The notes below the pieces were generated by a model, which saw only the letters and a list, made by a program, of their open reading frames with translations, searched no databases and was not told the origin of the DNA. A program made the position numbers and the translations under genes. Below are positions 1 to 9,686 of a stretch of 64,000 bases of DNA, in pieces. Source of the stretch: Ostreococcus lucimarinus (Eukaryota); assembly GCA_000092065.1 (NCBI GenBank), contig CP000589.1; one strand, written 5' to 3'. Each line of letters starts with the position of its first letter. Within the stretch, counting starts at the first letter, position 1.

Positions 1-147
1 TGCTCAACGCGTTCGGAATCCACGCGAACAACCCCGCGACGAACGCCGTCGCGCCGTGCGCGTCCGCCGCCGCCAGCGCCGGTTCCGCCGCCGCCGCGCT
101 CAGGAACATCGCCGCGCTCAGGAACATCGCCTTCGACACCGCTCGCG

Positions 148-184
<37 letters not shown>

Positions 185-443
185 TGTCGCGACTTCGCCC
201 TTTTTCGCCCCGATCGCGTCGACGACGACCGCCCGCCGCGTCGTCGCTCGTCCCGTCGTCGTCGTCGTCGTCTTCATCTTCATCTTCATCTTCATCGTCT
301 TCGTCATCGCGCGCGTCGTCGTCGCGCGTCGTCGCGCGAGCGCGCCCGCGAGCGCCGTCGAGTTCCGCGTCGTCATCGCCGTCGTCGTCGTCATCGCGCG
401 CGTCTTCGCCCCGACGCGATGTGGCGTCGAGCGCGTCTCGTCG

Positions 444-1679
444 ATGCGCGTGACGTCGCGCCCACACACCCGGGTGTGTGAATCCGGCGCGAATCTGGAC
501 GCGCCCGGTCGTCGCCAGATCGCCGCGGCGCGTCGACGCGCGCGCGCCGTCGCGGCCGCGGTCCGCGCGATGACGACGTCGGTGACGTCGGCGACGCGAT
601 GCGCGCGCGCGGGCGACGCGATGCGCGCGCGAAGATCGCACCGCGCCGGAACGTCGTCCCGGTCGTCGACGCCGACGCGACGCGTCGTCGCGGCGCGGCG
701 CGGGCGTCGACCGGCGCTCGCGTCCGACGACGCGACGACGACGACGGCGGGGACGGGGACGGGGACGGGGACGACGCGCGCGGCGACGACGGCGCCGCTG
801 GCGCACGAGCTGGTGCAGGGCGCGCTGGTGCGTTGGAGCGTGGAAAAACCGGACGGACCGCACCCGCCGACGTGCGTGCTGGTGCACGGAATCCTGGGCT
901 CGCGAAGAAACTTGCAATCGCTCGCGAAGCGCCTGGCTGAAAAGTTTCCGTCGTGGCAGTTTTTGTTGGTGGATTTGAGAAATCACGGGGAGTCGAACAC
1001 GGCGCTGGAGAAGAAACCAGAGGGCGCGAACACGGTGCAAAACGCGGCGAGAGACGTGCTGGGGGTGTTGAATCATTTAAAGATATATCCGTACACGCTG
1101 ATCGGGCACTCGTTCGGGGGGAAGGTGGCGATGTCGATGGTGCACCAGTTTGGACGCGCGTTGCCGCGGCCGGTGCAGGTGTGGGTGCTGGACACGGTGC
1201 CGGGAGACGTGTGGTGCGATGACGTCGGAGATCACCCGAGAGATACGATTCGGTTCTGTACCACGCTCGATAGACCGATCGAAAGTCGCAGATCGCTCGT
1301 GGAGTCGCTCACGGGGGCTGGATTCACCGTGGAAGGCGCGCAGTGGATGACGACGAATTTACGAGCGGATGGGAACGGGAAATTCGATTGGACGTTTGAT
1401 TTGGATGGCATCGCGGAGATGTACGCGTCGTACGAAGCGTGCGATTTGTGGCCGATGGTTGAGACGCAACCCGCGGGATTGAGCTTAGATTTCGTACAAG
1501 CAGAACGGTCGGCGTTCGTGTGGACGCCCGAGGACGTGGCGCGCATTCGCGGCACCGGCGCCAACGTGCACTTGCTGCGCAACTCCGCGCACTGGGTGCA
1601 CATCGATAACCCGAACGGGTTGCTAGACATTCTGGCCCCTTCTTTCGAGAACATGGAGCGCAACTCGAAGGCGCGATGA
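444..1679 (+). CDS. alpha/beta-hydrolase, ABHD11-like (Arg/Ala-rich N-terminal extension, possibly a transit peptide or spurious; true start may be downstream)
   Basis: C-terminal 250 aa: LVHGILGS...VDLRNHGES...LIGHSFGG (GxSxG nucleophile elbow). Collinear with ABHD11-type hydrolases. The N-terminal about 150 aa is low-complexity R/A/T-rich. Confidence 0.55.
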   Translation: MRVTSRPHTRVCESGANLDAPGRRQIAAARRRARAVAAAVRAMTTSVTSATRCARAGDAMRARRSHRAGTSSRSSTPTRRVVAARRGRRPALASDDATTTTAGTGTGTGTTRAATTAPLAHELVQGALVRWSVEKPDGPHPPTCVLVHGILGSRRNLQSLAKRLAEKFPSWQFLLVDLRNHGESNTALEKKPEGANTVQNAARDVLGVLNHLKIYPYTLIGHSFGGKVAMSMVHQFGRALPRPVQVWVLDTVPGDVWCDDVGDHPRDTIRFCTTLDRPIESRRSLVESLTGAGFTVEGAQWMTTNLRADGNGKFDWTFDLDGIAEMYASYEACDLWPMVETQPAGLSLDFVQAERSAFVWTPEDVARIRGTGANVHLLRNSAHWVHIDNPNGLLDILAPSFENMERNSKAR

Positions 1680-1771
1680 GGAAATTGTAATATATATTTT
1701 GCGCGCCGCTCGCCGCGCCGACGCCCGCTTTCATAACAACGATTCCATAAGCTCCCGATGGCTCTATTACG

Positions 1772-2281
1772 TTAACCTCCCATGCGAATGCCGTGTTGAG
1801 ACGAATCTTTCAGGTCCAGATCACCCGTATCGCTCACCAACGGTTCTCCCGCGCCTTCGCACTCGATGCTCTCGCCGTCAAACGTCACCGCGCACGCCTC
1901 GTCGAGATCCGCGACGTTGACCACGACGTACGTGCCGCTTTCGATGCCTTCGCACACGAGTTCACCCTCTCCCGTGAGTTCGCACCGCACCTCGCATCCG
2001 CGCTGTCGCTCGCTGTCGCACCTCGGCGCGTTCCCTTTCCCGTCGTTTCGCGCGCCCGCCCACCACGCCGATACCTGGTACGTCCCGCTCGGAATGTCCC
2101 CCTCCGCCACCATCACGCCGTCCTCGCGCACGACGCAGTTGTACCCCTCATCGAGCGATGATTTCGACACCCCACCGCTCGCCGCTCGCGCGCGCGTCGC
2201 CCCCCCCCCCCGTCGCGCGCGTCGTCCCATTCGCGTCGTCGCCCTCGTCGTCCCCGTCGTCGTCCGCGTCGCCGTCTTCAT
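1772..2281 (-). CDS. hypothetical Gly/Cys-rich protein (uncertain)
   Basis: The ORF has non-repetitive composition (YNCVVREDGVMVAEGDIPSGTYQVSAWW..., repeated GTY motifs). No recognisable domain. Lies between two confident genes. Confidence 0.2.
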   Translation of the reverse strand: MKTATRTTTGTTRATTRMGRRARRGGGATRARAASGGVSKSSLDEGYNCVVREDGVMVAEGDIPSGTYQVSAWWAGARNDGKGNAPRCDSERQRGCEVRCELTGEGELVCEGIESGTYVVVNVADLDEACAVTFDGESIECEGAGEPLVSDTGDLDLKDSSQHGIRMGG

Positions 2282-2468
2282 CGCGCGCGACGCGCCGGTC
2301 CACCGTCGTTTCGCGCGTTCGCGTCCTCCGAAAAGCGCCTCGACGCGCGCGCGTTCGTCGCGTCGGTCGCGTCGCCGAGTCCCGCGCCGCGCCGCTCGAC
2401 GCGTCGCGCGATCGGCATCCGCGTCGAGCGATCCGACGCGGATCGCGCGACGCGCGAACGAATCGGGC

Positions 2469-2487
2469 TTAGGGTTTAGGGTTTAGG
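2469..2487. repeat. interstitial telomere-like repeat (TTTAGGG), about 2.7 copies
   Basis: ttagggtttagggtttagg read directly. Plant/green-algal telomere unit, located in the intergenic region upstream of the GTPase gene. Confidence 0.8.
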
Positions 2488-2578
2488 CGACATCGTTCGC
2501 GTTCGTCGTTCGTCGTCGTCGTCGTCGTCGTCGGCCCGGCACCGCGCGACGTCGGGACGTCGGGACGTCGGGCGCGGT

Positions 2579-3502
2579 ATGAGCGACCGCGCGCGCGCGC
2601 GCGCGGCGTCGGTGACGCGGACGAACGCGACGGAGACGACGACGCATCGCAAGGTGCGCGTGCTCGTGATCGGCGACTCGGGGGCTGGGAAGACGACGCT
2701 GACGCGCGCGCTGGTCGGCGGCGGACGACGCGGGAGGGAAGAGCACGGACGAACGAGCGGGTGCAGCGCGGAGGTGATGCGAGCGAGCGAAGAGGGCGCG
2801 GAGGGGACGACGGGGACGCGCGACGCGGCGACGTACTTCGTCGAACTGTGGGACGTGGGGGGACATCGACAGTATAAACGAGAGCGAGGGATATTCTACG
2901 ATCAGATAAACGGGGTGATAATCGTGCACGATGCGTCGATGCGAGCGAGCGGGGCGCGGTGCGAGGCGTGGGCGCGAGAGGTGGCGACGAGAGGGACGTT
3001 TTCGGCGCCGACGCCGACGGCGGAGAGTTTCGCGAGCGGCGAACAGCCGTGCGTGATGTACGGTTTCGGCGGTTTACCGGTGCCGTGCTTGATCGTGGCG
3101 AATAAGGTAGATTTAGAAAGCGCCGCAAACGATGGGTTCGGTCGAGGAGATGGACTTTTACGGCGTGCGCTAGACTTTTTTGGCGATAAAAGCCGGCGCC
3201 GGCGGTCGATTCTTCCGGAAACCATCGGCGAAGCCGCGCGCGCGAGCGCGTCGGCGGCGCACAGACGCCAACCCTCGTTCGGGGCGACCGCGCTCGCGAA
3301 ACTTCCACCGGGTGGCGGTTTGCGCACGTCCGCGACGCTCGGTCGTATAGACGTGGACGTCATGCATGGGTTCTTTCGCGAGCTCGTCCGCCGTCGATAC
3401 GACGCCGCCGTGATCGACGCCGGCGCTTCGCGCACGTCCGAGCGGCTTTTACACGCCAAGCCCGCCGCGCTCGTGGATGATGATCTCGACGACTTAACCT
3501 AG
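2579..3502 (+). CDS. Ras/Rab-superfamily small GTPase (atypical, with insertions)
   Basis: P-loop GDSGAGKTT (G1), WDVGGHRQY (G3 DxxG), ANKVD (G4 NKxD). Confidence 0.6.
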   Translation: MSDRARARAASVTRTNATETTTHRKVRVLVIGDSGAGKTTLTRALVGGGRRGREEHGRTSGCSAEVMRASEEGAEGTTGTRDAATYFVELWDVGGHRQYKRERGIFYDQINGVIIVHDASMRASGARCEAWAREVATRGTFSAPTPTAESFASGEQPCVMYGFGGLPVPCLIVANKVDLESAANDGFGRGDGLLRRALDFFGDKSRRRRSILPETIGEAARASASAAHRRQPSFGATALAKLPPGGGLRTSATLGRIDVDVMHGFFRELVRRRYDAAVIDAGASRTSERLLHAKPAALVDDDLDDLT

Positions 3503-3631
3503 CCCTCGCCGCCCGGCGTACCTTAGCAAATTAGCCGTGCCATAAGCACTAAGCACTCTTTGACGCGCGCGCGCTCGCCCTCGCGACGCGGATAAAGATG
3601 ACTTGGACGCCATTCATCGACGCGTCGGACC

Positions 3632-4639
3632 ATGTCATCGCGCGCCGCCACGCAGTTGACGGCAACGTCACGCGCATCGTCAGCGTCCTCGCGCAGCGGC
3701 AGACGCTCGCTCGCGCGCGCGTCGGCGTCGCGTCGCGTCGCCGCATCGTCGTCGACGTCGACCGCGACCGACGGCGTCGGTTTCAGCGCCGCTGGTTTCT
3801 TCTTTCCGTACCACGTCGGCGTGTGGGAGGAGCTCGTGGCTCTAAAAGTCATGCGCAGCGACGAGACGCCGTGCGCGGGCGCATCCGCGGGATCGCTCGT
3901 CGCCGCGATGCACTGCTGCGGCTTAACGCCGGCGGATGGGAAAAGAATTTTAATGGACGTCCTGGCGGATTGTCGAGCGAACGGGGTCGTCGGACGCGTC
4001 GGTGCGGTGCTAGAAAATGCGCTGAGGAAAGAACTTCCGAGCGATGCGCACGAGCGGTGCTCGCGTGGGAATTTATTCATCAGCGTATCGTCGCCGATGA
4101 TGCGCGATGGGAAATTTGCGTTGGACGGCGAACTCGTGTCAGCCTTCGAGAGTTTCGACGATTTGGTCGGGGCGCTCCTGGCGTCGTGTCATATTCCGTT
4201 GTATTGTGGGTGGCCGGCGCGAAGGTACCGAGGTAAGTGGTGCGTGGATGGGGGATGGCATAATTTAACGCCGACGCCTCCGGGCTCCGAGCGAAGCGTT
4301 CGCGTGTGTGCTTTTCCGCTTCTCGACGCGTGGCGCAAAGCTGAACCTGGAGATGGCAAAGAGTCTGGTGATGTCTTCGCGCAACAGGCTTCATTCTGGG
4401 CGGGATGGGGCGATGATGACGCGCGAAACTTGCTCGTGGCCCCGGACGCCGCAGGCGGGAAGCCAGAGTGGGATTACTCGGAGGCGATTCGCTTTGCTCT
4501 ACTGCCGGGTTCGAATGACGTCTTGGAGGAGATGATCGTCATGGGTCGCATGGACGCCAGGCGTTGGGCGAAGAGCGTCGGGTTCGATGTCAAACTAGCG
4601 ATGAGAGGTGCGGTAGGCGAGTCTAAAATCACTATGTAA
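3632..4639 (+). CDS. patatin-like phospholipase domain protein
   Basis: Gly-rich oxyanion region FSAAGFFFPYHVGV, lipase GxSxG (GASAGS), catalytic DGG (WCVDGGWH). Confidence 0.6.
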   Translation: MSSRAATQLTATSRASSASSRSGRRSLARASASRRVAASSSTSTATDGVGFSAAGFFFPYHVGVWEELVALKVMRSDETPCAGASAGSLVAAMHCCGLTPADGKRILMDVLADCRANGVVGRVGAVLENALRKELPSDAHERCSRGNLFISVSSPMMRDGKFALDGELVSAFESFDDLVGALLASCHIPLYCGWPARRYRGKWCVDGGWHNLTPTPPGSERSVRVCAFPLLDAWRKAEPGDGKESGDVFAQQASFWAGWGDDDARNLLVAPDAAGGKPEWDYSEAIRFALLPGSNDVLEEMIVMGRMDARRWAKSVGFDVKLAMRGAVGESKITM

Positions 4640-4651
4640 TACTAAGTAGTG

Positions 4652-7600
4652 CTAGTGCGTTGAATCGACGATTTGCGACCAAAGCGCAAGCGTCACGTCG
4701 TCGCGTAATTCTAATAATGTATCCGTCGCTACTTTCGAATACTTACCGTTCAAATTTCTGAGCAGACACGACACCAGTGTTTCCATCATGCCGGATAACT
4801 CGCCTCGCAGGAGATGCGACAAAGTATATGGAAGTGCGAGAATGCACTGCTCTATGGATGTCATCGACAGGAGCGCCGACGTCGGTCCCCACGCTGCGGC
4901 AAGTATAGCGATGCATGGGATCGCATCGACATCGGTGAGATTGGCGGCTTCGTGTATCATTTGTGCTCGAAGTGAGTTTGATGATGTGGTGAGATGACCT
5001 ACCATCGCTCTCAAAGTGACCGTCCTCGTCGCCTTTGGCCAAGTCGCCAGTGATGTGAGCGTTTCAGACGCAACTTGTCCAGCATTGTATAAGCGAGCGC
5101 AGACGATGGGTTTGACGTCGAGCGCGAGCTTCTTCACGACTTGTTCTCGTAATACCGATGAAGTAAATTGACTAACGCACGTGGAGACTGCATCAAGCGT
5201 TCGTGTATCCGTCAAACTTAAACGAGACACGAGTTCGCAAACTGCCGCTGTAGCTGTTTCGCTTTCAGAGACATCAATCAAACCATTCCAAAGCGACTCC
5301 ACGCAACCGTCGGACGCGTGCGGTGAAAACGCCATTTGAGTGAATCGTTTTATCGCACTAGCACCGGTCTCAGACCGTAAAGCGCACGCGTATGGAGCGC
5401 TCAACATCGCCAAGCGCTGTGTCTCCGGCGCCAGATTGAAGAAGTCTGCATCAGAGAGTGCTACGAGCAATTCCAAGACGTCTCGACCTATTGAAGCTTC
5501 CGGGTGCGCACGACACATTCGAAGGCAAGCACACTGAAGCGCATTCTTTTCAACTTTATCCGCATCGCCACTGGAAGTCGCGACTCGCCACCAACGATGC
5601 AAGGCATTTGACCAGCCAGCATTCGGTAAGCGAGCGAGCTCTCGCAGTACATCCAACGCCAACGTCGCGCCGTTCAGTTGCTCTCGGGACGGACAACTCA
5701 CGACATTATCCAAAAGTGCATGCATAATAAATCCAATGATGGTGTCTTTTGGAACAGACGACTTCGAATCAGTTGATCTCGGGCCAATCGTAACGGCAAT
5801 TTGTGCCGCTCTGTCTGACACCCCAGCGAGCGTCCAAATGGTTAAATCTCGCAACGCTTTCGAAACAATATCGCCTGGCGCGTACGCGATACTTTCTAGC
5901 GTCTTCAGAACACGTTTTGCCTCGATCTTTGATTTATCACCGCCCCAGAGCAACGGCGCTGAAAATACCGCACCTTCATCGAATGTTCCGGCGACGCTCA
6001 CATCGTGGCCGTCCCAAGCGCTGCCCAACACCCCAGACAGGGACAGGACACCAATCGAACGGTCGAACGATGTCGCCATGTCGTCTCGGACCGTTGACGT
6101 GACTCTCGCAATAATTTCCTGAACGGTTTGTATCGGAATCGCGCAGCCATGGTCGAGCGTTACACCAAGAATGATGCCGGCGACGGCGCGAATAGCGGGC
6201 TGTTCCGAATCATGCGTCGTCCTTAGCGCCTTCAACGCGAGGACCTCACTCTCGGTATTGTGCCTATGATTGAGTAATGACTTCACGGCAACTGGTAGAG
6301 CAATACTTCCAGGAAATCTTCCGCACGACGTTGCGCCGATGAGCCAGTTTATGATCGCTAAGGTGTTTGTCATGGCTTTGTCATCTTCGAAGACATCCAA
6401 AGCGCACGCTGCCCTCGACAATCCAGTGTAAACTCCACAGACTGCATCGGACAAGTCCCCTTTCGGAGGTGAAATAATGTCATTCGCTGGCTGAACTTTC
6501 AAGACATCTATAAACGGTTCACCGAGCGCGACCAAGGTAGCGCCCAGGAAGCTGTAAATTCTCCTGACGAGATCCAATCGCCATGACGAAGACGAGCCGC
6601 CGGGCAAAACGTTCGACGACAACTCGCGGCACATTAAACCAAGAGCTTCCGCGGTAACACCCATCGTCAATGCGCCATCGATACGGCAATCGCTGATTTG
6701 CTTCATCATAATTTCAGCAACCTTGTTCGGGCGCTGTGCGTCACCTCTATCCTCGAGAGTACCCGCAGCGAGACCGAGGGCGACGTACAACCCACGCTCG
6801 GCGCCCACGATGGATGACTTTTCCTCCAACAGTGAGAGCAATAAATCCACCAATGCTGCACCGAGTCCACCGTTTCCAACCAAAACTGGTGTCGCGAGAA
6901 GTAAAGCTATATTTTGTAATTCATCAGGCATGGAAACATCTTGGAGTGCTTCCATGGCCGTGGCGTTAATGCTCGCTCGAACTTCGGCGTACAGCTCATC
7001 CAATCCGTTCTCGGCGGTTCTCGCCGAAACTTCGGCGTCGAACCAGCGACGAGCAAAACGAGTCCACGCGCGCGTGACGAGATTGACGTGCCATGAACCA
7101 CTCCAAAACACTTGCCTTATCGCGCGCTTAAACTCAGTTCGATACGCCTCCGCACGACTTCGCCTCTGGGAATTCTCATCGACTGAACGCGTCGCTTCCG
7201 ATTTCCCCTTGTGCGGGCGGAACAAAAGTAAGCGAGCGCACGAACACAGCTGACTGTCAAGCAACTTTTTCGGAAGTGTTTGCGTTACTCGATATATGAG
7301 CGGATCCGACGGAGGTGGATGCGAGACTTGTTGAGACTCTCGAGCCACTAAGGCAGTGCGAGATAACAAGCTCGCCTCGTGTTTCGTCATCGTCCGAAGC
7401 ATTCGCGTGGCGCCGACGAACGATTCTTCTCCAAAACTTTCAGACAGCGCGCTCGCCGCAATTTCTGCCGGAGTCGGCGAATCATTTTCAATTATGAACT
7501 CTGGATCGTATTCACTCAACGAATTCCAGGCTTCGTGACGAACACGAGCGTCCTTGGACGTTTTGATTGCATTCCATACTGTGTCAATGAGCGTCGCCGT

Positions 7601-9544
7601 CGCTTCGGGGAACGAAGCGCCGTCGCGACCACCGTGTCGAATCAGTCTGATCCATTTTCGTGCCACAAGTGGGTGCTGCGGAAGGCTAGGTATATGTCTA
7701 GTAACTACCTTGAACGCGGGTAAAAAGTCAAGCGCGTCGTGCGCGCACATGCTGTCAATCGCTTCGAGGGCGAGCGCTTGCGCCTCGGGCCAATCTGATT
7801 TCAAACAGCCTTGCATGGGTATCACCAACTCCGCCGCTCGAAAGGGATGGGCTTTTGCTGCAGCTGCGACTGCGGCGGCGCACCCAACCGTCACTTCGCG
7901 TTCGTGAGAATGCGATGCTTCTTCTAAAGCTCCTCGTAAACGAGGTCCAAGCTCACGATTGTGGATCCACATTTCAGCCAATAGTCGCAGCGCCAATGCG
8001 TGTAGACGAGCGTCGGGTGACTTTTCCCCAGGATTTGTGCTCATGAGCGGAGATATCGCGCGCAACACGGCCGGCGCAGCCATAAAATTAGAAGCACCAG
8101 CGGCTAATGCGTTCAAAGACGCGAGCGTGGACTTCGCGTGACGTGCGTTGGACGATTTCTCGCAAGCCGCTCGCAGGTGCAAGAGCGTCGCCGTGATGTT
8201 CGACAAGCCTTGCGGCCGTTTGCCTCCGAGCTTTCTTCCGAGTGTTTCTGCTGCGCACTCACGAATCGAGGGAACCGGGTGAGACAAGCATGCGAGTTCA
8301 AGCGATGGAGACCTGACGTCGACGTCGTTTCGAATGCATGCGGCGAGCGTCTCCGTGGCGTCTCCGTCGTCCCAATTCGCCGCAAGTGCGGCGCTCACGA
8401 ACCCATCTCGAGTGGCGTATCCCATTAGTCTGCTATTTTCGACATTGCGTACCGAATCATCGTTTCGCAGCGTGGCGAGCGAGAGCGCCAAGCGCGCACC
8501 CGATTCTCCTGGAAGCATGAACGCTGCCGACGCGTGCATCGCGCCGAGCGCGCGCGCGGGGCCGCTCGTTGGAAAGTACGGCGCCAGAAGTGCCAGTAAA
8601 GCAGACGTCTCCTCAGCGCTATGTACAAGCGATAAACATGGTAACAACTCACCACATACACTTACGTCTCCAAGCTCGCTCAATCGCGTCAGCGCGCCGA
8701 CAAAGGGGACGACGCTGTCGCCGGAGCGCGCCGCCGCGCGCGTCTGTCGCACCAATCCCTCCGCCAGCAACGGTACAACTTCGCGCGCAGACGCGTCTTC
8801 GACGTCGAAGAGTCTACACTCGATGGCATCTATGATTTCCGCCGCCGCACACGCAATCCACGACCTTGACTCACTCGTGGGCGCTCGATACGCCCCGAGC
8901 GCCTCGACGCACACCCCTAAAACCGCGCGCGCGTTTTCCCCGCGCCCGCTCGCGATGCCCATCAATCGCGCGTGCAATAACATCGCGAACGAACTTCGCG
9001 GCGCCGGTGCGGGATGTTCCAACAGCGCGCGAAACACAAACTGCCGCAGGGCGTTGAAATCCGAAATCGACCCCCTCGCCAGCTTACTCGCCGTCGCCTC
9101 CAACAACCCGGCGCCCGCGTCCGAGTGCGCCTTCAGCGCGCGCACGAGCGGATGCCCACTCCCCCGCGCGCACTCCCCAGCCAACTCCCCATCCCCGAAC
9201 GCGCAACACAACTCCACCAGCGCTCGCGTCAACGCTCGAACGTTCGCCCTCGTCCTCGCGCTCGCCGCGCCGCTCGCGAGCTCCGTCGCCAACGCGCTCG
9301 CGCTCGCGTTCCCCGACCGCGCGATCGCCACGATCCCTCGCGCCAGCTCATCTTGCGCTCGCGCGTGCGTCGTCGCCTCGCACAGCGTCCGCACCGCGCG
9401 CGCGACGTCCTCCCGTCCCGTCGTCGTCGCCTCGGCGAGCTCCCGCGCGAGTCCTCTCGCCGCCACGCGCGCCGTCGCGCCGTCGTCGTCGTCGCCGTCG
9501 CCGTCCGCGCGCGCGACGTGCGCCAGCAGCGGCGACGGCGCCAT
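4652..9544 (-). CDS. large uncharacterised alpha-helical protein (1630 aa; HEAT/ARM-like by composition)
   Basis: Uninterrupted 4.9-kb ORF with complex composition. Starts MAPSPLL 143 bp from the divergent Rad54-like gene. No motif I can name. Confidence 0.5.
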   Translation of the reverse strand: MAPSPLLAHVARADGDGDDDDGATARVAARGLARELAEATTTGREDVARAVRTLCEATTHARAQDELARGIVAIARSGNASASALATELASGAASARTRANVRALTRALVELCCAFGDGELAGECARGSGHPLVRALKAHSDAGAGLLEATASKLARGSISDFNALRQFVFRALLEHPAPAPRSSFAMLLHARLMGIASGRGENARAVLGVCVEALGAYRAPTSESRSWIACAAAEIIDAIECRLFDVEDASAREVVPLLAEGLVRQTRAAARSGDSVVPFVGALTRLSELGDVSVCGELLPCLSLVHSAEETSALLALLAPYFPTSGPARALGAMHASAAFMLPGESGARLALSLATLRNDDSVRNVENSRLMGYATRDGFVSAALAANWDDGDATETLAACIRNDVDVRSPSLELACLSHPVPSIRECAAETLGRKLGGKRPQGLSNITATLLHLRAACEKSSNARHAKSTLASLNALAAGASNFMAAPAVLRAISPLMSTNPGEKSPDARLHALALRLLAEMWIHNRELGPRLRGALEEASHSHEREVTVGCAAAVAAAAKAHPFRAAELVIPMQGCLKSDWPEAQALALEAIDSMCAHDALDFLPAFKVVTRHIPSLPQHPLVARKWIRLIRHGGRDGASFPEATATLIDTVWNAIKTSKDARVRHEAWNSLSEYDPEFIIENDSPTPAEIAASALSESFGEESFVGATRMLRTMTKHEASLLSRTALVARESQQVSHPPPSDPLIYRVTQTLPKKLLDSQLCSCARLLLFRPHKGKSEATRSVDENSQRRSRAEAYRTEFKRAIRQVFWSGSWHVNLVTRAWTRFARRWFDAEVSARTAENGLDELYAEVRASINATAMEALQDVSMPDELQNIALLLATPVLVGNGGLGAALVDLLLSLLEEKSSIVGAERGLYVALGLAAGTLEDRGDAQRPNKVAEIMMKQISDCRIDGALTMGVTAEALGLMCRELSSNVLPGGSSSSWRLDLVRRIYSFLGATLVALGEPFIDVLKVQPANDIISPPKGDLSDAVCGVYTGLSRAACALDVFEDDKAMTNTLAIINWLIGATSCGRFPGSIALPVAVKSLLNHRHNTESEVLALKALRTTHDSEQPAIRAVAGIILGVTLDHGCAIPIQTVQEIIARVTSTVRDDMATSFDRSIGVLSLSGVLGSAWDGHDVSVAGTFDEGAVFSAPLLWGGDKSKIEAKRVLKTLESIAYAPGDIVSKALRDLTIWTLAGVSDRAAQIAVTIGPRSTDSKSSVPKDTIIGFIMHALLDNVVSCPSREQLNGATLALDVLRELARLPNAGWSNALHRWWRVATSSGDADKVEKNALQCACLRMCRAHPEASIGRDVLELLVALSDADFFNLAPETQRLAMLSAPYACALRSETGASAIKRFTQMAFSPHASDGCVESLWNGLIDVSESETATAAVCELVSRLSLTDTRTLDAVSTCVSQFTSSVLREQVVKKLALDVKPIVCARLYNAGQVASETLTSLATWPKATRTVTLRAMVGHLTTSSNSLRAQMIHEAANLTDVDAIPCIAILAAAWGPTSALLSMTSIEQCILALPYTLSHLLRGELSGMMETLVSCLLRNLNGKYSKVATDTLLELRDDVTLALWSQIVDSTH

Positions 9545-9686
9545 GCGCTCGATCGTCCCGCGGCGACCGCGTCGCGTCGCGTCGCGTCGCGAAATCGCGT
9601 CCCGTCGCGCGACAGCTCGCGCGGAGGATTTGAATCGACGGCGTCGAATCGACTCGCGCGCGCGTCGCGCACTCGCGCGCGCGGCG

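Noticed and set aside
1-440. (CGT)n / (GTC)n microsatellite and CTTCAT hexamer repeats giving a 141-aa Arg-rich ORF
   Set aside because: Simple-sequence DNA at the window edge. The translation is poly-Arg/Asp with no protein-like features.
2205-2216. Homopolymer run of about 11 C residues
   Set aside because: Likely just a homopolymer in a GC-rich intergenic/UTR region (possible sequencing-error hotspot). No functional inference possible.
8334-9686. Long N-terminal extension of the Rad54-like ORF, with similar extensions on other ORFs (444..800, 21516..21890, 26375..26815, 30801-strand ORF above 32207, 46805..46870, 52894-strand ORF above 55938)
   Set aside because: These segments are low-complexity (Ala/Arg/Ser/Thr-rich) and are the antisense or upstream read-through of neighbouring genes in GC-rich DNA. 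In each case a conserved in-frame ATG exists further downstream.
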